NCBI GenBank assembly: GCA_026393675.1
Contig: JAPKZQ010000019.1
Location: 14,333-78,332 of the forward strand
Source of the DNA: Acidobacteriota bacterium
GTDB lineage: Bacteria > Acidobacteriota > Vicinamibacteria > Vicinamibacterales > JAKQTR01
Reading direction: 5' to 3'
DNA: 64,000 nt
Shown here: positions 46,034 through 55,529 of the stretch, piece by piece
Layout: each line of letters starts with the position of its first letter
How positions within the stretch are numbered: the first letter of the stretch is position 1
Translations under genes and position numbers: made by a program
The notes under the pieces: model-generated
Seen by the model: the letters and a program-made list of their open reading frames with translations, nothing else
What the model was told of the DNA's origin: nothing
Database searches by the model: none

Positions 46034-47407
46034 ATGATTCCTCCGCACGTTCTCGAGGATGTGAGCGTCGCTCGTCGGTTCGGCCTCCCTTGTCTCGCGT
46101 TTCTGGCGGTTTCGCTGCTGGCGATCGGCTGCAACGGAACCCCGGCCCAAAGCACAGGGAGCGGCGGTCGCGGTGGACGTGGGGGCCGCGGTGGTGGCGG
46201 TGCTCCGCAACCGGTCGTTACCGCCAAGGTCTCTCAGAAGAACGTGCCGGTCGACATCGCCGCGGTCGGGAACGTCGAGGCCTACACCACCGTTTCTGTC
46301 CGCTCGCAGGTTACCGGCCAGCTGCAGAGGGCTTTCTTCCAAGACGGCGACGTGGTGAAGAAGGGCGACCGGCTTTTCACGATCGACCCCCGGCCGCTCG
46401 AGGCGGCCCTGAAGCAGGCCGAGGCCACATTCGTCCGGGATCAGGCGCTGCTCAACCAGGCAGAAGCGCAGATCGCTCGTGACGGCGCCAACGCGGAATA
46501 TCAGCAGATCGCGGCCGAACGCCAGGCGCAGTTGGTCGCCAGAGGCCTTCTGTCGAAGGACGCCGGTGACCAGTCTCGTGCTGCAGCCGACGCAACGCTC
46601 GGGACAATCAAAGCCGACAAGGCGGCGTTCGAAAGCGCGAAGGCGCAGCTCGCCGTGCAGCAGTCGGTGGTCGACAACGCCAAGGTCCTGCTCAGCTATA
46701 CGGACATCCGCGCGACAATCGATGGCCGAACCGGCAGCAACACCGTCAGGCCCGGCAACCTCGTCACCGCCAACTCCACCGAGCTCGTGACGGTTTCCCA
46801 GCTGCAGCCGGTGTATGTCACGTTTGCGGTCCCGGCCGTGCACCTGCCAACTATCAAGGGTCACGCCGGCGCCGACCAGCTGATGGTCATGGCGACAACG
46901 CCTGAAGTCGGCGGCCAGCCGATCGAGGGACGCCTGACGTTTGTTGACAACGCAGTCGATCAGACGACCGATACGATCAAGCTCAAGGCGACGTTTCCCA
47001 ACCACGATCTCCGGCTGTGGCCTGGTCAGTTCACTCGCGTGAGCCTGCGGCTCACAACGCTCATGAACGCGACGGTCATTCCGAGCCAGGCCGTTCAGAC
47101 CGGCCAGAACGGTCAGTTTGTCTTCGTCGTCACGCGTGACGCCACCGTGGAACAGCGCCCCATCACCGTCGCCCAGCGGATGGGCGAAGTGGTCGTCGTC
47201 GGCAAGGGGGTATCCGTCGGCGAGACGATCGTAACGGAGGGCCAGCTTCGTCTTGAGCAAGGGACACGCGTGCAGAGCTCGGATGGCGTTGGCGCGGCCG
47301 GGGCGGGCGCGAGCGGAGGTCGGAGCGGCCGTGGCCGGGGCGGGCGGGGTGGTCGCGGCCGAGGAAGCGATGGGCGGAGTGGAACAGGCCGGCAGGGCGC
47401 TCAATAG
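46034..47407 (+). CDS. RND efflux periplasmic adaptor (MFP) lipoprotein
   Basis: Lipobox LLAIGC, a Gly/Arg-rich linker, then HlyD-like motifs (V.A.V.G.L....F..G..VKKGD.LF.IDPRP..A.L..A.A). Gly/Arg-rich C-terminus. Start is uncertain. Confidence 0.8.
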   Translation: MIPPHVLEDVSVARRFGLPCLAFLAVSLLAIGCNGTPAQSTGSGGRGGRGGRGGGGAPQPVVTAKVSQKNVPVDIAAVGNVEAYTTVSVRSQVTGQLQRAFFQDGDVVKKGDRLFTIDPRPLEAALKQAEATFVRDQALLNQAEAQIARDGANAEYQQIAAERQAQLVARGLLSKDAGDQSRAAADATLGTIKADKAAFESAKAQLAVQQSVVDNAKVLLSYTDIRATIDGRTGSNTVRPGNLVTANSTELVTVSQLQPVYVTFAVPAVHLPTIKGHAGADQLMVMATTPEVGGQPIEGRLTFVDNAVDQTTDTIKLKATFPNHDLRLWPGQFTRVSLRLTTLMNATVIPSQAVQTGQNGQFVFVVTRDATVEQRPITVAQRMGEVVVVGKGVSVGETIVTEGQLRLEQGTRVQSSDGVGAAGAGASGGRSGRGRGGRGGRGRGSDGRSGTGRQGAQ

Positions 47408-47416
47408 GGCGGCGCC

Positions 47417-50400
47417 GTGAATATCTCCGAAACGTTCATCCGGCGTCCGATCGCCACCAGCCTGCTGATGGCTGCGATCGCCCTGTTCGGCGTCGTGGCG
47501 TACCGAGAGTTGCCGATCAGCGACTTGCCGACCGTAGAGTATCCAACGATCAGCGTGCAGGCCAGCCTGCCCGGCGGCGACCCGGTCACGATGGCGGCGG
47601 CGGTCGCCAGCCCGCTCGAAAGACAGTTCACGACGATCGCGGGCATCGACGAGATGACCTCGCGTAGTGGCACGGGCAGTAGCTCCGTCACGCTGACCTT
47701 CGACCTGAACCGCGACATCGAGAGCGCGGTTACCGACGTGCAGACGGCCATCGCTGCAGCGATGCCCCTGCTGCCGCCCACATTGACGGCGCCACCTTCG
47801 TTCCGCAAGCAGAACCCGGCCGATCAGCCGATCCTGCAGATCAACCTGACCTCCGATACCCTCGACATGACGACGGTCGACGAGTACGCGGAAGACGTCC
47901 TGGCCCCGCGCATTTCCACGGTGACCGGAGTCGCCCAGGTCAACGTGCAGGGCGCCGCGAAGTATGCCGTGCGGGTCCAGGTGGATCCCGACAGGCTGCA
48001 GGCGCAGAAGATAGGCATCAACGAAATCGACACCGCCCTGCAGAATTGGAATGTGACGCAACCCACCGGACAGCTGTTCGGGCCACTGGCCACTTACAGC
48101 ATCGCGGCCAAGGGGCAGCTCAACAACGCCGACGAATTCGGGCGAATTGTCGTCTCGTACCGCAACGGCCGGGCCGTACGGCTGAATCAGGTCGCCAACG
48201 TGATCGACAGCGTCCAGAGCGTCACGCAGCGGGCGTGGTACATCACGAAGGACGCCTATCAGCGCTCCATCACCCTCGAGGTGTTGAAACAGCCTGGCAC
48301 CAACGTGATCGAGGTGGCCGACGCGGTTCGTGCCGTGCTGCCGGAGCTCCAGAGCCAGTTGCCGCCCTCGGTGCACATCGTGATCCGCCAGGATCGTTCG
48401 GTGAACATCCGGGCGGCATTCAGGGACATCCGCGTGACGATGCTCATCACGCTCATTCTGGTGGTCGGCGTCATCTATCTGTTCCTTCACAACGCCTCGG
48501 CGACGCTCATCCCGGCGCTGGCGCTGCCGTTCTCGATTCTGGGCACCTTCGCCGTCATGCAGATGCTGCACTACAGCCTCGACAATCTGTCGATGATGGC
48601 GCTCATCCTTTCGGTCGGATTCGTCGTGGACGATGCGATTGTGATGCTCGAGAACGCCGTCCGCCACATGGAGGCCGGCGAGTCTCCGTTGCACGCGGCG
48701 CTATCGGGCTCCAGGGAGATTGCCTTCACGATCGTGACGATGACCGTCTCGCTGGCGGCGGTGTTCATCCCGCTCCTGTTCATGGGCGGCATCCTCGGCC
48801 GGCTCTTCCGCGAGTTTGCGGTGACCATCACGAGCACGGTGCTCATCTCCGGCATTGTCTCGATCACGCTCACGCCGATGCTCTGCAGCCGGTTCCTGCG
48901 CGTGGTCCTGACCAAACGCGGGTTCGCGGGGTTCATGGATCGGTGGTTCGATCGGCTGCGCTCGGCGTACGGACGGAGCCTGAGGCTGGTCCTCCGGCAC
49001 CGGCTCGCGATGCTCGGCGTGTTCGTGGCCGTGCTCGGCGCCAGCGTAGAAATGTTCGGGATTGTCCCGAAGGGATTCATCCCTGACACGGACAACGACT
49101 CGTTGAGCGTCATGGTCCAGGCGGCGCAGGGCACCTCGTTCTACGAACAGGTCGGATACGTCCGGCAGATCGCCGACGTGATCCGGCCGAACCCGTTTGT
49201 CGTTGCGCAGATGGCCAACGCGGGCGGCGGCGGCCCCGGCGGCGGGTTCAACATCCAATTGACGCCGCGCGCCACCCGGAACATGACGGCGCAGCAGATC
49301 GCGCAGCAGCTCCGGGGACCCCTCGGCCGCTTCCCGGGGTTCCGCGCCTTCGTCAACGTGCCGGCCTCGCTCCAGATTGGCGGCTTCCGGGGCAACAGCA
49401 GCTTCAACGTCAACGTCCAGAGCCTCAACTACGACGAGCTCTACGAGTGGGCACCGCGACTGGAGCAGGCCATCGGCGAACTATCCTCGATCCAGGACGT
49501 GTCGGACAACATGGAGATGAAGAGTCCGCGCGTGAACATGACCATCGATCGGGACAAGGCGGCAGCCATCGACCTGAACGCGACGCAGATCACGCAGACG
49601 CTCTCCGACGGCTTCGGCCAGAAGCTGGTCGGCACCATCTATGGCGATCGGACCCAGTACCGCGTGCTGCTGGAGCTGGATCCGAAATATCAGGAACGGC
49701 CCGAGTCGCTGAGGAAAATCTCGTTCAGGACCCCGCAGGGCGCGCTGGTCCCGCTCGAAGAGGTGATCAACATCAAGGAAGACGTAGGGCCGCAGAGCGT
49801 CAATCACTTCGGTCAGCTGCCGGCCGTGAATATCTCGTTCTCGCTGAAGCCGGGCGTGTCGCTGGGCACCGCCATCGACCAGATCAACCAAGTCTCCCGC
49901 CAGGTGCTGCCGGCCACGGTGACGACGAGCTTCCAGGGGTCGGCCAAGGTGTTTCAGTCGTCGCTGGCCAATCTCAACCTCCTGTTCTTCATCGCGATCG
50001 GCGTGGTGTACATCGTCCTCGGCATGCTCTACGAGAGCTATATCCACCCGATCACGATTCTCTCCGGCCTCCCGTCGGCGGCCCTCGGCGGCCTGCTGAC
50101 ACTGTGGCTGTTCGGCAACGAGCTGAACATCTACTCGTATGTGGGTCTCATCCTGCTCATCGGTCTGGTGATGAAGAACGCGATCATGCAGATCGACTTC
50201 GCGCTCGAGGCCGAGCGCCAGCAGGAGATGACGCCGACCGACGCCATCTACCAGGGCTGCATCGTCCGATTCCGCCCGATCATGATGACGACCATGGCCA
50301 CGCTGCTCGGCGCGCTGCCGATCGCGCTTGGATTCGGCGCCGGTGGCGAGGCGCGGCGGCCGCTGGGGATTGCGGTGGTCGGCGGCCTGATCGTCTCGCA

Positions 50401-50503
50401 GGTCATCACGCTCTATCTCACACCGGTCGTGTATACCTACATGGCCACCTGGGTCAAAACGAGCAGAATTCAGGCGACCAGCGCCTCCGCCGCGCGTGGC
50501 TAA
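47417..50503 (+). CDS. RND (HAE1, AcrB/MdtB-like) inner-membrane efflux permease 1
   Basis: N-terminus NISETFIRRPIATSLLMAAIALFG. 1028 aa. Conserved SVGFVVDDAIVMLEN and MKNAIMQIDFALE motifs. Confidence 0.9.
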   Translation: MNISETFIRRPIATSLLMAAIALFGVVAYRELPISDLPTVEYPTISVQASLPGGDPVTMAAAVASPLERQFTTIAGIDEMTSRSGTGSSSVTLTFDLNRDIESAVTDVQTAIAAAMPLLPPTLTAPPSFRKQNPADQPILQINLTSDTLDMTTVDEYAEDVLAPRISTVTGVAQVNVQGAAKYAVRVQVDPDRLQAQKIGINEIDTALQNWNVTQPTGQLFGPLATYSIAAKGQLNNADEFGRIVVSYRNGRAVRLNQVANVIDSVQSVTQRAWYITKDAYQRSITLEVLKQPGTNVIEVADAVRAVLPELQSQLPPSVHIVIRQDRSVNIRAAFRDIRVTMLITLILVVGVIYLFLHNASATLIPALALPFSILGTFAVMQMLHYSLDNLSMMALILSVGFVVDDAIVMLENAVRHMEAGESPLHAALSGSREIAFTIVTMTVSLAAVFIPLLFMGGILGRLFREFAVTITSTVLISGIVSITLTPMLCSRFLRVVLTKRGFAGFMDRWFDRLRSAYGRSLRLVLRHRLAMLGVFVAVLGASVEMFGIVPKGFIPDTDNDSLSVMVQAAQGTSFYEQVGYVRQIADVIRPNPFVVAQMANAGGGGPGGGFNIQLTPRATRNMTAQQIAQQLRGPLGRFPGFRAFVNVPASLQIGGFRGNSSFNVNVQSLNYDELYEWAPRLEQAIGELSSIQDVSDNMEMKSPRVNMTIDRDKAAAIDLNATQITQTLSDGFGQKLVGTIYGDRTQYRVLLELDPKYQERPESLRKISFRTPQGALVPLEEVINIKEDVGPQSVNHFGQLPAVNISFSLKPGVSLGTAIDQINQVSRQVLPATVTTSFQGSAKVFQSSLANLNLLFFIAIGVVYIVLGMLYESYIHPITILSGLPSAALGGLLTLWLFGNELNIYSYVGLILLIGLVMKNAIMQIDFALEAERQQEMTPTDAIYQGCIVRFRPIMMTTMATLLGALPIALGFGAGGEARRPLGIAVVGGLIVSQVITLYLTPVVYTYMATWVKTSRIQATSASAARG

Positions 50504-50511
50504 GGGGATTC

Positions 50512-53500
50512 GTGAACATCTCTGAAGGATTCATCAAACGGCCCATCGCGACCAGTCTGCTCATGGCCGCGATCGCCCTGTTCGGCCTGGTGGCGTATCG
50601 GGCGTTGCCGGTCAGCGACCTGCCCAACGTCGACTTCCCGACGCTGCTCGTCACGGCGCAGTTGCCCGGCGCCAATCCGGAGACGATGGGCGCGTCGGTG
50701 GCGACGCCGCTCGAAAACCAGTTCTCGACCATCTCCGGGCTCGAGCAGATGACCTCGGTGAACTCGCTCGGCTCGACGCAGATCACGCTCGAATTCGCGC
50801 TGGACCGGAGCCTGGACGGCGCGGCGGTCGATGTGCAGGGCGCCATCACGCAGGCCTCGCGCCTGCTCCCGCAGGGCATGCCGACGCCGCCGGTCTTCAC
50901 CAAGGTCAATCCGGCCGACCAGCCCATCCTGTATCTGGTCGTCACCTCGACGACGCTCCCGCCGTGGACCCTCGACGAATACGCCGAAACGCGGATCGCG
51001 CAGCGGATCTCGCAGGTCAGCGGCGTCGCGCAGGTGCAGGTGCTCGGCGGCCAGAAGTACGCCATGCACGCGCAGCTCGATCCCTACGCGCTGGCGGCAC
51101 GCCAGATCGGGATCAACGAGGTCGAAGCGGCGCTTCGGAATTGGAACGTCAACGTCCCGACCGGATCGATCATCGGCCCGCACCAGGTGTTCACGCTGCA
51201 GGCGAGCGGACAGCTGATGAACGCCGACCAGTACCGGAACCAGATTATCTCGTACCGGAACAACTCGCCCGTCCGGCTCGAGCAGCTCGGCGCGATCGTC
51301 GACGGGGTCGAGGACCAGCGCACGGGGTCGTGGTACTACACGTCCGACCTCAAGCAAAGCGCCATCACGCTGGGGATTCAGCGCCAGCCCGGGACCAATA
51401 CGATTGCGGTCTCAGACGCCGTCAAAGAGCTCTTGCCGCGGCTGCGCGCCGAACTGCCCGCCAGCGTTCACATGAACATGCTGTACGACCGCGCCAACAC
51501 GATCCGGGAGTCGTATCGCGACGTGCAGTTCACGATGGGGCTGACCCTGGCGCTGGTGATCCTGGTCATCTTCGTGTTCCTGCGGAACGTCCGGGCGACG
51601 GCGATTCCGAGCCTCGCGCTGCCGTTTTCGATCATCGGCACCTTCTCGGTGATGTACTTCCTGAACTACAGCCTCGACAACCTGTCGATGATGGCGCTCA
51701 TCCTCTCGGTCGGGTTCGTCGTGGACGATGCGATCGTGATGCTGGAGAACATCTATCGGCACGTCGAGATGGGCCAGGAGCCGCTCGAGGCGTCGTTTGT
51801 CGGAGCCCGCGAAATCGGCTTCACGATCGTGTCGATGACGCTCTCGCTGGCGGCCGTCTTCATTCCCGTGCTCTTCATGGGCGGGGTGCTCGGTCGGCTG
51901 TTCCGCGAGTTCTCGGTCACCATCTGCGTCGCGATTCTCATCTCCGGCGTGGTGTCGGTGACCTTGACGCCGATGCTCTGCAGCCGTTTCCTGAAGAAGC
52001 CGCGCACGCGCGGCGAGGACGGGGGACGCCCGCGTTTCTATGAGGTGACCGAGCGCGCGTTCAAGTCGTGGCTCAATGGCTACGACCGGACGCTGCAGAT
52101 CGTCATGCGGCATCGTGCGGCGACCATGGTCGCCTTCGTCGTGATGCTCGTGTCGACAGGCATCCTCTTCGTCGTCGTGCCCAAGGGCTTCATTCCAGAC
52201 CAGGACGCCTCCCAGATCGCCGTCGTCACGGAGGCCGCGCAAGGCACGTCCTATGGCAAGCTCGTCGAGTACCAGGACCGCGTCGCCGACATCATCAGGC
52301 GTGACCCCAATGTCGAGGGGCTGGTGTCGACAATCGGCGGCAGCGCCTCGATGGCGCTGGGCGGGCCGAACCTCGGGCAGATCGTGGTGACGCTGAAGCC
52401 GCATAACGAGCGGAGGCTCTCGGTCGGCGAGCTCATCGAGAAGCTGCGACCGCAGGTCGATCAGGTCGTCGGCATGCACGTCTTCATGCAGAATCCGCCG
52501 ACCATTCGCATCGGCGCCCAGGTCAGCAAGAGCCTGTACCAATTCTCGATGCAGTCGCCCGACAAGAACGCGCTGTACGCCGCCGCCCGCACGCTGCGAT
52601 CGGCGCTGGCGGCGCTTCCCGGCCTCCAGGACGTGACGAGCGACCTTCAGGTGAGCAGCCCGCAGGTCAGCGTCGAGATCGATCGCGACAAGGCCGCGGC
52701 GCTCGGCGTGACCGCCAACCAGATCGAAAACGCGTTCTACGACGCGTACGGTCCGCGCTGGGTCTCGACGATCTACGGGTCGGTCAACGAGTACAAGGTC
52801 CTGCTCGAGCTGGCGCCCGAGTTCCAGCAGGACCCGAGCGCCCTCTCGCTGCTCTACTTCAAGGGCGGTGGGGTGAACAGTCCGGTGGTCCCGCTCGACA
52901 CGCTGGCGACACTGACGCAGCAGGTCGGCCCGCAGACCGTGAACCACTACGGTCAGTTGCCGGCCGTCACCGTGTCGTTCGGGATCGCGCCGGGCGCGTC
53001 GCTCGGCGACGTGCTGAGCCGGGTGCGGCAGGTGACGCTGGACACCGTGCCCGACGGCGTCACGGGTCAGTTCCAAGGTGCGGCCGCCGCGTTCCAGGGT
53101 GCGCTCTCGAACCTCGCCGTGCTGCTCGTCATCGCCGTGCTCGTCGTGTATATCGTGCTCGGCATCCTCTACGAGAGCTACATCCACCCGCTGACGATTC
53201 TGTCAGGCCTGCCCTCAGCTGCCTTCGGCGCCCTGCTCACCCTGATCCTCTTCCACATGGATCTGAACATCTACGCCTTTGTCGGCATGATCATGCTGAT
53301 CGGCATCGTCGAAAAGAATGCCATCATGCAGATCGATTTCGCGCTGGAAGCCGAGCGGAACGGGCTGTCGTCGGAGGAGGCGATCTATCGAGGGTGCCTG
53401 ATCCGGTTCCGCCCGATCATGATGACCACGATGGCCGCGGCTCTGGGCGCGGTGCCGATCGCGGTGGGATACGGGGCGGGCGGAGAAGCCCGGCGCCCGC

Positions 53501-53652
53501 TCGGCCTGGTCGTCGTCGGCGGGTTGGCGTTCTCGCAGATCGTGACGCTCTATCTCACGCCGGTCTTCTTCACCTACATGGCGCAGTTGCAGACCTGGCT
53601 GAGGCGCGGTCGGACGGTTCCGCAGGCGCAGTCCGTCGTGGTGGGGGAATAG
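50512..53652 (+). CDS. RND (HAE1, AcrB/MdtC-like) inner-membrane efflux permease 2
   Basis: GTG 50512 follows AAGGGG. N-terminus NISEGFIKRPIATSLLMAAIALFG. Same motif set as permease 1. The ORF-track start at 49447 is an out-of-context extension over the upstream gene. Confidence 0.9.
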   Translation: MNISEGFIKRPIATSLLMAAIALFGLVAYRALPVSDLPNVDFPTLLVTAQLPGANPETMGASVATPLENQFSTISGLEQMTSVNSLGSTQITLEFALDRSLDGAAVDVQGAITQASRLLPQGMPTPPVFTKVNPADQPILYLVVTSTTLPPWTLDEYAETRIAQRISQVSGVAQVQVLGGQKYAMHAQLDPYALAARQIGINEVEAALRNWNVNVPTGSIIGPHQVFTLQASGQLMNADQYRNQIISYRNNSPVRLEQLGAIVDGVEDQRTGSWYYTSDLKQSAITLGIQRQPGTNTIAVSDAVKELLPRLRAELPASVHMNMLYDRANTIRESYRDVQFTMGLTLALVILVIFVFLRNVRATAIPSLALPFSIIGTFSVMYFLNYSLDNLSMMALILSVGFVVDDAIVMLENIYRHVEMGQEPLEASFVGAREIGFTIVSMTLSLAAVFIPVLFMGGVLGRLFREFSVTICVAILISGVVSVTLTPMLCSRFLKKPRTRGEDGGRPRFYEVTERAFKSWLNGYDRTLQIVMRHRAATMVAFVVMLVSTGILFVVVPKGFIPDQDASQIAVVTEAAQGTSYGKLVEYQDRVADIIRRDPNVEGLVSTIGGSASMALGGPNLGQIVVTLKPHNERRLSVGELIEKLRPQVDQVVGMHVFMQNPPTIRIGAQVSKSLYQFSMQSPDKNALYAAARTLRSALAALPGLQDVTSDLQVSSPQVSVEIDRDKAAALGVTANQIENAFYDAYGPRWVSTIYGSVNEYKVLLELAPEFQQDPSALSLLYFKGGGVNSPVVPLDTLATLTQQVGPQTVNHYGQLPAVTVSFGIAPGASLGDVLSRVRQVTLDTVPDGVTGQFQGAAAAFQGALSNLAVLLVIAVLVVYIVLGILYESYIHPLTILSGLPSAAFGALLTLILFHMDLNIYAFVGMIMLIGIVEKNAIMQIDFALEAERNGLSSEEAIYRGCLIRFRPIMMTTMAAALGAVPIAVGYGAGGEARRPLGLVVVGGLAFSQIVTLYLTPVFFTYMAQLQTWLRRGRTVPQAQSVVVGE

Positions 53653-53775
53653 GCAGGCCTGCGTCAGCCTCGGTGGCGCGCTGGTGTCGCGTACCGCCGA
53701 ATCCGCTGCCGGTGGCAGCCAGTCGCTCGAGCGCAACGCTGGCATCGGAATCGGCAACCCCAAAGACCTCCGCCG

Positions 53776-54519
53776 TCACGTCGCGACGGCGGCGAGGGTG
53801 CCCGCCTTGAAGCAGGTTTTGTCCCCCCAGCTTCTCTCCACGAACGAAACGATGCCGGCGGCGATCTCTTCGAGCCCGCTGCGGTCCCGGTTGTACACGG
53901 CGTGATAATGCGTCAAGTCACGGACCGACGCGCGCAGGTAGCTTTCGATGAATGCGTCGCGCTTCTGGTGGTACTCCCGCAGCATCTCGGCGGCCTCCTT
54001 CTCGGAGATCTTCAGGCGCTGAGCCGTCGAGGAGACGCAGAACGCGTCGCTCGCATCGAGACGGAAGTGATAGCAGTTCTTGAGGTGCCGGGTCAGGATG
54101 GCGCCTCCGCGGCCGACGATGATCGCGTTGCCAGCCCCGGCGATCTGCACCAGGTGCCACGCCAGGCGGCGGAAGGCCTCGTCGTGCGTGACGTGACCAG
54201 GGAACACGAAACCCAGGGAGTCGTCGGCGCGCCTGGACGACCCCAGGTCCTCGAGGAACTCCATGGAGAGGTGCTCGGCTTGGCTCACCCGCTCAAGGAG
54301 CGCCTTGTCGTAGATGATCCAGGGTTCCTCGCAGGCGGCGTCGAGCAGTTCCTTGAGCCGCAGGGCCAGAGGAAACGCCTCGCAGCCGTACTTGCGCGAG
54401 ATGGTGATGGTCGCGCCCGGCGGCGGCGCTTCGGCGTCCTTGCGTTTGTCCTTGACGGAGATCCACGCGGAAAGGCGCCGCTCGACGCTTGGGAGGAGGG
54501 AATCTTGGGACTTGGTCAT
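53776..54519 (-). CDS. cytidylate-kinase-like (AAA_28/CMK-like) family protein
   Basis: ITISRKYGCEA resembles the ITISRxYGSGG start of CMK-like proteins. GGAGGA RBS before ATG 54519. Confidence 0.5.
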   Translation of the reverse strand: MTKSQDSLLPSVERRLSAWISVKDKRKDAEAPPPGATITISRKYGCEAFPLALRLKELLDAACEEPWIIYDKALLERVSQAEHLSMEFLEDLGSSRRADDSLGFVFPGHVTHDEAFRRLAWHLVQIAGAGNAIIVGRGGAILTRHLKNCYHFRLDASDAFCVSSTAQRLKISEKEAAEMLREYHQKRDAFIESYLRASVRDLTHYHAVYNRDRSGLEEIAAGIVSFVERSWGDKTCFKAGTLAAVAT

Positions 54520-54854
54520 GGTGTCCTCCGTCCGCCGCCCGTGTAGACCGTTGCTGAGCAAAATGTAGCACGACGGCGGACATGGGGAGGTCAGGGGTTT
54601 GAGGGGCAAATCTTGGCACGTGGGACGGCTGAGGGCTCTTCACGTTCCTGCGAACCTCTCCGGGGCTAATCGGCTCGGCTACCCCCGAATTGGCCGGAAC
54701 GAGACGGAGGATTGGCTAGGCGATGGTCCGCCTCCGTCGCGGTCCAGGTGGCACGCTACTTCCCGCCACTACGGCGGGACAGCCTTCGCGACTAGCTGGC
54801 TTGCCCAGCCGAAGCTCGACCGAGGAGTATGGCAAGCCGAGGTCGAGCGAAGGC

Positions 54855-54941
54855 TGGTGCGGAAGGGGGGATTCGAACCCCCACACTCTTGCGAGTGCCA
54901 GCCCCTCAAGCTGGTGCGTCTGCCAGTTCCGCCACTTCCGC
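54855..54941 (-). tRNA. tRNA-Leu (anticodon GAG), CCA encoded
   Basis: Manual cloverleaf: acceptor GCGGAAG/CTTCCGC, anticodon stem CCAGC/GCTGG with loop TTGAGGG, a long variable arm, T-arm GGGGG-TTCGAAT-CCCCC, and 3' ACCA. Confidence 0.9.
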
Positions 54942-54959
54942 GAGGAGGGCTACCGTACT

Positions 54960-55277
54960 TTACTTCTTGACGGGCGCCGGCGGCGGGGCCGCGGGCGCGC
55001 TCTGACCAGCCGGCAGCTTGATGCCGCTCAGCGCCGTGCCCGAACCCTTCTGCCAGAAAATGGCCAGGGCGAGCGAGCCGGCCATGAACAGCACCGCCAT
55101 CACGGCCGTCGCTCGCGTGAGCAACGTCGCGCCGGACCGTGCGCCAAACGCTGTCTGGCTGCTGCTGCCTCCGAACGCCGCCGCGATGTCGCCCGCGCGG
55201 CCCTGCTGCAGCAGCACGACCACCAGCAGGAACAGACATACCAGCACGTACAGAGTGATCAACACGTAATACAGCAT
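54960..55277 (-). CDS. secG: preprotein translocase subunit SecG
   Basis: MLYYVLITLYVLVCLFLLVVVLLQQGRAGDIAAAFGG.SSQTAFGARSG. Located downstream of tpiA, as in many bacteria. Confidence 0.85.
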   Translation of the reverse strand: MLYYVLITLYVLVCLFLLVVVLLQQGRAGDIAAAFGGSSSQTAFGARSGATLLTRATAVMAVLFMAGSLALAIFWQKGSGTALSGIKLPAGQSAPAAPPPAPVKK

Positions 55278-55529
55278 CCAACTATTATACCCAAGGATGG
55301 CCCGGCCGTGAGTCTCGAACACGAATTCGCCGGGGATCGGGGCCTAATAACTCAGAACGGCCGCGCAGTCGACGAATTTCCTGGGACCGCCGGGCTCCAG
55401 CCCGGCTCGCGTTACGGCCACGCTGGAGCGTGGCGATCCCAGGGGGCCTGTCAATCCTGTCCGTTGAGTTCCCCCTCCAGTTCGACCATACTTTCGAGCG
55501 TTTCCGATTGACGGGGGAGTACTCGCGCA

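Larger units (their letters stand above)
34925..54854. mobile_element. putative degenerate tandem genomic islands at tRNA-Leu(GAG), with no integrase detected
   Basis: Delimited by the intact tRNA (54855-54941) and two same-orientation tRNA 3' fragments (45261-45310, 34925-34962). Contents are mosaic: Fic, DUF4143 ATPase, vapBC-2, truncated genes, RND operon. Confidence 0.35.

Noticed and set aside
45788-48694. Very long antisense ORFs: 968 aa here, also 24606-26414 (602 aa), 51412-53187 (591 aa), 62017-63792 (591 aa), 16004-17515 (503 aa), 12675-14087 (470 aa) and 2678-3964 (428 aa).
   Set aside because: All lie opposite genes with strong motif support. Their translations are Arg/Gly/Pro/Asp-rich with no recognisable motifs. 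Stop-codon-poor antisense frames are expected at this GC content.
49447-50511. N-terminal 355-aa extension of the second RND permease ORF (1401 aa in the track).
   Set aside because: It overlaps the first permease in a different frame. The conserved RND N-terminus begins at GTG 50512, right after AAGGGG.
54599-55511. ORFs 54599-54970 and 54723-55511, which overlap the tRNA-Leu and secG.
   Set aside because: They translate across a tRNA gene (GGFEPPHSCECQPLKL is the tRNA read as protein) and the antisense of secG.
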